DNA of 64,000 bases, from contig NC_042998.1 in assembly GCF_006345805.1 (NCBI RefSeq), positions 138,446,001 through 138,510,000 of the forward strand. Direction: 5' to 3'. Numbering within the stretch: position 1 is the stretch's first letter; each line of letters begins with the position of its first letter. The DNA comes from Octopus sinensis. Taxonomy: Eukaryota. Under the pieces are notes generated by a model that saw nothing but the letters and a program-made list of their open reading frames with translations, was not told where the DNA came from and made no database searches. The translations under genes were made by a program, and so were the position numbers. Below are positions 55,344 through 64,000 of this stretch, one piece after another.

Positions 55344-57290
55344 AGCAATTTTTGAAAAGCATAATAATCTCAGAAATCATAATGTTTAAGGGGAGATAAT
55401 TGTGATGACAGAAGAGTCAGATTGAGAAGTAATGAAAATTATTTAAATCAGCTTTGGCAATTGCGACCAAATATCTTCCAACCGTGACCGTCCTTCATCT
55501 TTTATACAAACTTAATCTCATCTGGAACTATATTGTACAAAACGTCCTTCATTTCCATAATAGTTGGGTATGATTTTATGAAGGTTTAGTGGCTCTGAGT
55601 ATCAGTCTCTGTAACTATTCTGATGCTGTGGTTTCGGTTATTTGTGTGGTGTTGTCGTGAAAAATCGGCTAAGAATATTTACTAACAGGAAAAAGTTTGT
55701 GAATGAAACAGATAATTCCTTCTCACGTGGATTACAAAAGAAAGTTCTCTTTTAAACAGTATTTTTGGGAGGAGGACGAGTAAAGCCTAATGAAAAAAAA
55801 TGTTCTTATGTAGTTTGTCCTGCAAGTAACAAGACAGTAGAAACTACGGCTAAAGGGAGAGAAATATGCCTTAAAATTAGTGTAAGATTAATCGAGTTAT
55901 TGCCCTTTAACAAACTATTTAGTTTAAACCCTAAAAGATTATTTTGTTGTTCTTTACCTGTAAATATTTATGTTTGACTATAACAAATGGTTTATTACTA
56001 CGTGGTTTCCTTTAAAATCATTTAGTGACTTAGAAATACTGTGACAGAGAACAGTAAGGTACTGCAGACGATCATTGCAACAAAAATAGTTATTTTTTAT
56101 TTCTGTTTTAAGCGCCGCAAATAATGATTTTACAAAATAAAAAAAATCAGAAGGGAAGCTTACACACACACACACACACTTTCCTTAGTTTTTCAGTTTA
56201 TATTTTTCTTTTGAAAACTTTTTCAGATTTATATTTTAAACATCTGAGATTATAATTCTTCAAAACGTAATTGTCAAAAAAAAATTGTTCGCAAAAATGT
56301 CAAATTTAAATTAAGGAAAGGAGAGAGGTAAAAACAAAAAGTGCGCGCGCACACACACACACACACCATAAATAAGCAAACAAGATATTTTAGCAAAATC
56401 GTAAATCTGCGACTCTTTAAACATACACATCCGAAGAAATTACGGGTTTGGGTTCACAAGATAATTTTCACGTGTGTTCTATATGAACACTGACATTTGG
56501 TAAGATTCTTAGACAAATTTTTACTATTTCGCAGAGGCATTGCACGACTAATAACCAGCTGTATTTGCTGTCCTAACTTGTCATAAACGGCAGTCCTATC
56601 AAACCTACATGGTGAGGAGGGTGGTTTTTGTTGGATACCCTGTAAGACAAAGGCAAAAGGGAGAGAAATACCCTAGTCATTGTTTAGACATCTTTCTAGG
56701 ACAGAGTTTGGGGAACTTCTTTAATCAATTACTCCAAAATATACCTATTTACGCCAACGTTACCCCACTTGAGTTGAAAGGAAGAAAATCATAGATTCTT
56801 TAAATTCAAAAGGTTTATTGAATCCACTTATATGGAGAATACAATTATAAATATAAAAAGTATAAAACAAATGGCATAAAATAAATTAATATCCTCATTG
56901 GGAAACAAAAGGATTTTCTAGAAACTTTTTCACTTCAGGTTTGGAGAATGAAAACTCTGATGTAACACCAGACACTTCGCTTGCATCCGATCATGTTGAC
57001 TAAGTTCTCTTTTCGAACTAATGCATCCGTTGTTTAGAGGCTTTAGACTGCTTCATGCGAAGATGTCGCTTGATTCTTGCATTTCTATTAAGTGTTGCTC
57101 GCCGTAGTCCAGAAAGGCAAAATATTCTATGAAAAATTCAGTTGGAATGAAGGCATATGTCACTGTGGGTGATGAACTCACTGAAAACCTGCTGCAAAAG
57201 ACGCCCCATCATTACCACATACATGCTGCCCACTTTTAAGAAAACAATGAAGTAAAGAATGGTATTACACAAAATCAAGTTTCTGCCATC

Positions 57291-57321
<31 letters not shown>

Positions 57322-57523
57322 TGTATGTATGTATGTATGTATGTATGTGTGTGTGTGTGTGTATGTATGTATGCATGCATGTGTGTATGCATGTGTGTAT
57401 GTATGTATGTACGTATGTATGTATGCATGTATGTATGCATGTATGATTGCATGTATGTATGTATGTATGTAACACACACACACACACAAATACAAACAGA
57501 TATATATAGGAACACATACTACA

Positions 57524-57838
57524 GGCACTCCGTCGATTACGATGAGTGTTCCAGCTGTTCTGATCAACAGAGCAGCCTGCTCGTGAAATTAACGTGCAAG
57601 TGGCAGTGCGCTCCACACATAAGCGTACTTTTAACAAAGTGCTCAGGGAGATTCAGTGGGACACGGAATTTGACAAGGCTGGCCCTATGAAATGCATCTA
57701 CTACTCATTTTTGCCAGCCGAGTAGACTATAGCAACGTGAAATAAAGTGACTTGTTGAAAGATACAACGCACCGCCGGGAACCGAAATCACGACCATGCG
57801 ATTGCCAGCCGAATACTCCAAACGACCAAATCACACAC
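57524..57838 (-). mobile_element. SINE family C
   Basis: Reverse-complement homology to 41077-41394. Confidence 0.85.
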
Positions 57839-58084
57839 TTTTACAACAGGTCACACAGCAGGTTGCACAACTATTAGTTTCGCATAGAACTGCGATCGTG
57901 TAATGTGCCTGCTTGCATATGAAAAGGCCTTTGCAAAATGGGTACGTTGGAAGACAAGCCATAAGATAACCAGAACTTTCTAGGGGAATACACGAAACTA
58001 AAAGTTTTGTAACTTGTTTTCTTCATATAACCGTAATATAATAAAAAATAAATGAGCTCTACATCGTATTTTAAGTTCTTATAA

Positions 58085-59060
58085 ACTACATCCCATGCTG
58101 AAATATGCAGATGACATCAAGCTGTACCTCGAAATAAAGAGGTCAGATCCTGTACACTATAGATCTCTATTGCAAGCAGACCTGGACATAATGCAGCAGT
58201 GGATCATGGACTGGCAACTCAAGCTGGCTGTGGATAAATGTACCACCATGCATTTTGGGAGGAGAAACCCAGCGTCCACCTACTCCCTCCACAACACTAG
58301 TCTCAAAAAGTCTTCATGTGAACGTGACCTGGGTGTTATTGTCGACAGTGATTTGCGTTGGACAAAACACATCGCTAAAATTGTCAAGAAGGCTGAGGGT
58401 GTCTTGGCATCACGCACCAAATCCTTTGTGAGCCGCTCTCCGTCTATCTATCTGCGGCTTTATATAGCTATGGTAAGACCTCACCTGGAATTTGCATCAC
58501 CGGTCTGGAACCCCTATCTTGCCCAGGATATCAATCGTCTGGAAGCCGTTCAGCGACGTGCAACCAAAAGAATACCCTCCATCAGGCATTTGCCATATCC
58601 TGAACGCCTTACTTCCCTGGGCATGGACACATTGAAACTCCGACGTCTGGCAGCTGACTTGGCAGACACACATAAAATTATCAACCATCGTACCAACAAT
58701 AACTCTGAGCACCTTTTTAAACTCCACCCATCTAACACCCGTGGACATATTTACAAAGTCAGAAAACAGCACAGCTCCCATGACTTCAGGAAACATTTTT
58801 TCACGCTGAGAGTTGCTGAAGCAGGGAACAAACTGCCGGCATCAGTTGTTAGTTGTCGGAGCACTGCATCCTTCAAAACTTCCATGCTTTCTGAGATTTG
58901 CCAACACTACACCTGATTTTTCTCCCTCCATACACACACAAGCAAGTATCTGACTCATGCATTGTTCGCTTTCCAGACATTTGTACATTACTGCATATAC
59001 TCTGACAAGTTGTGGTGCACCTGAGCACTGTATACAATAATTTCATTATTATTATTATTT
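58085..59060 (+). mobile_element. 5'-truncated CR1-clade LINE (RT C-terminus, 3' UTR, (ATT)n tail)
   Basis: Uninterrupted 273-aa ORF: KYADDIKLY, ERDLGVIVD, VRPHLEFASPVWNP, LEAVQRRATK, TRGH, RKHFFTLRV. Tail aatttcattattattatt. Confidence 0.95.
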
Positions 59061-59114
<54 letters not shown>

Positions 59115-59209
59115 CATACATACATACATACATACATACATACATACATACATACATACATACATACATACATACATACATACATACATACATACATGAA
59201 ATGTTACAA

Positions 59210-59400
59210 GTCATCAACAAAATTTTAGGTCATCAACAAAAAATGTGTGGGTAACATTAATTTCCATTTTTTCCGACATATCTGTAACGGCAATGGTATT
59301 TGTTGTTTGCCATTTGTAAGATGAAAGAAGAACAGTGATCGAAGTCGTAAAGAAATATTTATTTACCGTTACTTGATATAATGCCATGCCTCGACGGGCA
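59210..59400 (-). mobile_element. R4/Dong-like RT catalytic-motif fragment
   Basis: NVTHTFFVDDLK. Confidence 0.55.
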
Positions 59401-59425
59401 GGTGTGTGAAATAATATAAATGAAA

Positions 59426-59656
59426 GGCGGCGAGCTGGCAGAAACGTTAGCACACCGGGCGAAATGCTTAGCGGTATTGCGTCTGTCGTTGCGTTCTGAG
59501 TTCAAATTCCGCCGAGGTCGACTTTGCCTTTCATCCTTTTGGGGGTCGATAAATTAAGTACCAGTTACGCACTGGGTCGATGTAATCGACTTAATCCGTT
59601 TGCCTGTCCTTGTTTGTCCCCTCTATGTTTAGCCCCTTGTGGGCAATAAAGAAACA
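59426..59656 (+). mobile_element. tRNA-derived SINE family B, full length, with 15-bp target-site duplication
   Basis: ggcggcgagctggcagaaacg head; central ctttcatcctttt.gggtcgataaattaagtaccag core, which resembles the MetaSINE domain as I recall it; aatataaatgaaagg duplicated at 59413-59427 and 59657-59671. Confidence 0.9.
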
Positions 59657-60351
59657 AATATAAATGAAAGGGCATGCGAGATAAAGTATGGTAACTTCTT
59701 GTATGCAGCTGTAGCGAACTTCCTCTTTCTATTATATATATATACATACGAACGTAGAAGGTAACAGCTAATCTTAGGACGCTGCTTTGGACCCCGTTTT
59801 GTCTACCACTCTGATTGGTTAGTATTGGCGCAATTTGTCTCTTACTCTATTGCGCGCCAATATGCAGCCCAACCAATCGCAGCCTTCAAATAAATCACGT
59901 GAGACAGTCTGTTCTAAATTCCATTTGAGCCAACCGTTAGCTATAAAAATCACCTCCTCCTAGTCTCGGAGTCTGCTGGTTCCAGACCTTCTAAGGTCTA
60001 ACCACTGAACACATTACAGCAGCCTCCATCTTCGTCGCCACCATCATGTCTCTCACTAACGTCGTCAACAACATCTCTACACAGCACCAACACACTGCAC
60101 AGGTTCTAACATATCGCTGTTCGTGTGCTTCCTCACCAGGGTTAACAGCAAACATACAACCAACGCAGATGCATGGAGAGATATGAATAAATGTCCATCA
60201 ACCACTTCCATTTATCATTCAGCTTGTGTATATATAAGTGTAGCCCACATTAAAGACATTTAAAGTTACCACCTTGTTCCTGGTATTTCTTGATAACGTG
60301 TTCCTGTCAAATGATATTACAGCCTTCCTAGTAGAGTCACATTAGATGGAA

Positions 60352-60609
60352 CACAGATTATTTATCTGTAATGGTGACCCGACGTCCAGGCCACTATCCA
60401 TCTAAACAGTTCTATATTTGAGAGATGAGGAATTATGTACGTTATTTGACGGATATTTGTCCTCACCTTGTTTGTTGTTAACACAGCATTTCGGCTGATG
60501 TACTTCTCCAGCCTTCTTCAGGTGTCCTGGGGGAATTTCGAACCTGGGTTCTCATTCCTAAGGTATTGTTCCGATGCTGTTGTTGTTGTTGTTATTATTA
60601 TTATTATTG

Positions 60610-60678
<69 letters not shown>

Positions 60679-60735
60679 TCACTGCCGGCAATCGAACTCG
60701 GAATCTTGGGGTTAGTAACCCCCGCTCTTAACCAC
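60352..60735 (-). mobile_element. Composite SINE-like element: tRNA-like head + (AAT)n/(AAC)n + hammerhead-like body
   Basis: Minus strand: GTGGTTAAG..GGGG-TTACTAA-CCCC..GTTCGATTGCC head (60675-60735), repeat linker (60577-60674), then CTGAAGA-A-GGCTG..CAGCC-GAAA (60521-60489). Confidence 0.6.
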
Positions 60736-61397
60736 AATTCTGCAGCATTTTAAAAGACTTGGACGGAATATCACGCTTAATATGGAGACCAGAGAATCTC
60801 ATTTCATCATCTTCGGAGTTCTGACGCAGTGGTGGGTTCTTCTGTTTCTTACGAGACACTGTAGGTGTAGTAGTTCTTCTTCATCAGCAGGTTTCTCAGT
60901 ATCAGTCATCCATTGCAATACTTTCAAGGACAGTGACTGCGGTGTTGCTTTGAGTGCCAAAATGTGCAGTCAGTGACTGAACAGTACAGGAAATGAGTTA
61001 GCGCGTGTGTGTGCGTGAGGGTGTATACACGAGTACAGGTGCACGTATCAAAAGTCACTGTAAAATAAGTTCAGGTGAGCGAGTGATTGTATTCTCCATC
61101 CATGACATCGAAGATCTTCCTGCAGGATTGCAGTGTGTGAAATGCCTTGAAGGTTTTTCAGAAGTGAAATGCGTCTGGCGCTGTTGTCGTGGGTAATTGC
61201 TGGGGTTAGCAAGAACGACAGTGTAGCATACTGGAGTGATACGCGAGAGAGGTAATTTTCTCCATTCATTACGTGACCAAACAGGGGTCTCACAGAGGGA
61301 AATTATGTCTAAACATGAGCGCAGAGCATGTGAACATCCGACGTGCTGAGCTGAGCTGAGCACAGACGTTTTGAAAACAAGGCTCTAGGCATAACAG

Positions 61398-61439
<42 letters not shown>

Positions 61440-61599
61440 TGTGTGTGTGCAAATGGGTGCGCAAGGCCAGATCGTATGCTAGTGCATTTGGGTACTAAAT
61501 GCCTTGCAATGTTCAAAAGCAAAAGTGTGGCATGCTGGCGCGTTGTAAGGGACAAACAACATTATGTATACGTGATCGGCCTAGGATCTTACAGAGACA

Positions 61600-61715
61600 T
61601 TCCTGGATAGCGAGGGCATATCCTTCTAAGTGGGATGCAATGTATCTATCACAGATCCAGAAGAAGCTGTTGTTGCCCTTTAGCTTACGAGGTATGTACT
61701 TTTAGAAGGATAGGT
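61600..61715 (-). mobile_element. R4/Dong-like fragment joined to the right inverted-repeat arm
   Basis: KYIPRKLKGNNSFFWICDRYIASHLEGYALAIQE resembles TSHFEGYAFAIQE at ~54320. Confidence 0.6.
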
Positions 61716-62302
61716 TGCATTCCATCTAATGTGACTCTACTCAGAAGACTGTAATATCATTTGACAGGAACATAGTATCAAGAAATACATGAAACAAGGC
61801 GGTAACTTTAAATACCTTTAATGTGAGCCACACGTATATATACACAAGCTAAATGATAAATGGAAGTGGTTGATGGACATTTATTCACATATCTACATGC
61901 ATCTACATGGGTTGTATGTTTGCTGTTAACCCTGGTGAGGAAGCTCACGAACAGCGATATGTTAGAACCAGTGCAGTGTTTTCGGTGCTGTGTAGAGATG
62001 TTGTTGAAGACGTTAGTGAGAGACATGATGGTGGTGACGAAGATGGAGACTGCTGAAATGTGGTCAGTGGTTAGACCTTAGAAGGTCTGGAACCAACAGA
62101 CTCCGAGACTAGGAGGAGGTGAATTTTTATAGCTAACGGTTGGCTCAAATGGAGTTTAGAACAGATTGTCTCACGTGATTTATTTGGAGGCTGCGATTGG
62201 TTGGGCTGCATATTGGCGCGCAATAGAGTAAGAGACAAATTGTGCCAATACTAACCAATCAGATTGTGTGTGTGCGTGTGTGTGCGCGCGTGTACATGTC
62301 TT

Positions 62303-62387
<85 letters not shown>

Positions 62388-62388
<1 letters not shown>

Positions 62389-63580
62389 TTTCTTTATTGA
62401 CCACACAGGGCTGAACATAGAGGGGACAAATACAGTATAGAGTTTTTTTCTTTTCGAGGGCGGTGGCGAAAACAAATAAATTAGTGACAACGATCAAAAG
62501 GGATCGAAATCGTTTGGGATATACACAAAAAGTCGAAATAATACAAAAAGTTCCCAAAAATGGGGAGGTTTAACCGTAGAAAGAAAAACCTACGAAAAGA
62601 CCACGGTAACTTCGGTCAAAAATGTCTCATATTAACACATTTATTTACAAGTAAGTAACTCTCTGTTTTAAATTTTTTGTTTATTTTTTTCGGTTCATAG
62701 AATCATGCTCAAGGTCATTCACACGTACCATCCTTGCTACATTCACACATCATTTTTTTTAAACATTCACTAGACAAAACTTCCCTCTCTGCTCTCACCT
62801 TCCTCTTCAAGTGATACTTGAATAAGTTGATGAGAGATTCACCAGAGAGGAAAGCGTTTGTCTCTAGACCTTTCAGACGCATTTCAAGGAAGGAGGTGGG
62901 ACAATATTCACGATAAACTCGGTTGATAAACTGACTCGTCCCACACGCGATAGCAGTCGTTCGACATAGGCATACAGGTCGGAAATGGTTGGACACTGTA
63001 CGAGTGCGTGCAGAACGGTTTCGTCGCTCTAGCCGCATCTCGGGTAGGTCGGCCCCGAGTTTCTGTAGAGCTTATCTCGAACGGGTAGCGCTTCTCGATA
63101 GCACTACCACGCCAGGGATCTCTGGAAGTTGTCCATAGATCCCGGCCCGAAAGTCGTCTTAAACAGGCGGATCAGGTATTCCTCGTCGACGTCCAGGTTC
63201 GCCCCGAGATCGTCGTCGTACCTCCCCTCCACTAATCCCCTGTAGAATGCTTTGGTTGTGTTGCAGTCGCTCAAGGTCGACCCGGAACGGCATAGTTGCT
63301 CGAGAGCAACGCGACACTTGCGGTACCATTCGCCCTTCCTCGGCCTCTTTTTGATCCACGACTGCAATTCGGTCATGGAAACGAGCTGCGGGAAAGCGCG
63401 CCTCACAAACGGCGACCATACCTGTTCACCGTCGTCTACGTAGAGCCGGAGATTTTTCAATCTCAGCGCGTGTCTGTGCATCATCAACCGCGGCGTGCCC
63501 AGCCCTACTTTTAACGGGTGTTGGCAGCAAACGGATCGCCTGACAATCGGAACTCATCCTTTCCACAAGAAGTGGAAGAC
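62388..63580 (-). mobile_element. Tx1-clade LINE 3' fragment (copy 3)
   Basis: FHFLWKG..CCQHPL..HRHALRL..WSPFVRRAFPQL..MDNFQRSLAW; FKYHLKRKVRAEREVL. 3' end is next to (GATA)n. Confidence 0.85.
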
Positions 63581-63600
63581 AGACAGACAGACAGACAGAC

Positions 63601-63663
<63 letters not shown>

Positions 63664-63744
63664 GTGAGTGAATGAGTGAGTGATTGTCATATGCGTATAT
63701 ACACACACCCAGCAGACTAAGGACTTCTTTTTTGGCCATGCTTC

Positions 63745-64000
63745 AAGAACTCTGCGGAGGTCTCTTGCAGTTCGAAGCAATGATGATTTTTGTAGGTGTT
63801 CTATCTTTACTTTCGTTCCAATCTTTGTATGCCAAGGAGCACCAATTACTATTGGTATCAAGTCCACTTTCTTCATTGTCCACAACATACTTATTTCCCC
63901 ATTTCAATTCATCATAGTTGTTCACTTTTCCTTCATTCTCTTCAATCCTGTTACCAGGCCATGCTATATCAATTATCAGGCATTTTTTTTTTTTACCTTT
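63745..64000 (-). mobile_element. R4/Dong-like RLE C-terminus
   Basis: CLIIDIAWPG..NYDELKW..WTMKKVDLIPIVIGA..LQKSSLLRTARDLRRVLE. Confidence 0.8.

Larger units (their letters stand above)
59810..62263. repeat. Long inverted repeat: arms 59810-60351 and 61720-62263
   Basis: The arms align end to end as reverse complements, with scattered substitutions and small indels. Each carries CCAAT boxes, CACGTG and TATAAAA. Confidence 0.95.

Noticed and set aside
4130-55389. Dozens of long ORFs of the MYVCMYVC / HTYIHT / YIYIYI / poly-H, -D, -M type (for example 27415-28344, 33666-34328)
   Set aside because: They are translations of stop-free microsatellites, not genes.
56900-57260. Basic stretch (RIKRHLRMKQSKASKQR) resembling a transposase C-terminus
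   Set aside because: Multiple stops, no catalytic motif or termini; too weak to call.
60675-60735. Functional tRNA gene
   Set aside because: The acceptor stem and 5' end are missing; it is a SINE-type head.
61055-61363. LDIISLCET resembling an APE endonuclease motif
   Set aside because: Single short motif with no further APE residues.
1-64000. CRISPR arrays, operons or other prokaryotic systems
   Set aside because: The sequence is eukaryotic. Its repeats are microsatellites and dispersed SINEs, with no repeat-spacer periodicity.

Overview
AT-rich eukaryotic genomic DNA, almost entirely microsatellites and transposon relics. The SINE families, the (TATG)n/(TA)n/(TG)n load and the LINE spectrum match my recollection of octopus (coleoid cephalopod) genomes. 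This is recognition from memory; no database search was run. There is no intact host gene, only a few weak candidate + strand exons. Non-LTR relics: R4/Dong-like (RLE), RTE, CR1 and Tx1 fragments. LTR relic: one Gypsy LTR plus gag fragment. DNA transposons: two mariners, a DD37D maT-type element, a Chapaev3-like element with both ends, piggyBac-type MITEs and a Helentron-type non-autonomous element. Three tRNA-derived SINE families are present, and there is a 100-N assembly gap at 21065-21164. Most supplied ORFs are microsatellite artefacts. The most unusual signals are: (1) two different short repeats carrying hammerhead-ribozyme cores, one fused behind a tRNA-like Pol III head; (2) an RTE copy with a twin-priming-type 5' inversion; (3) a ~540-bp inverted repeat with convergent CCAAT/E-box/TATA promoter-like arms; (4) a SINE whose 3' tail matches the Tx1 LINE 3' ends in the same window; (5) an R4/Dong element apparently split by a 4.2-kb block bounded by a 13-bp inverted duplication.
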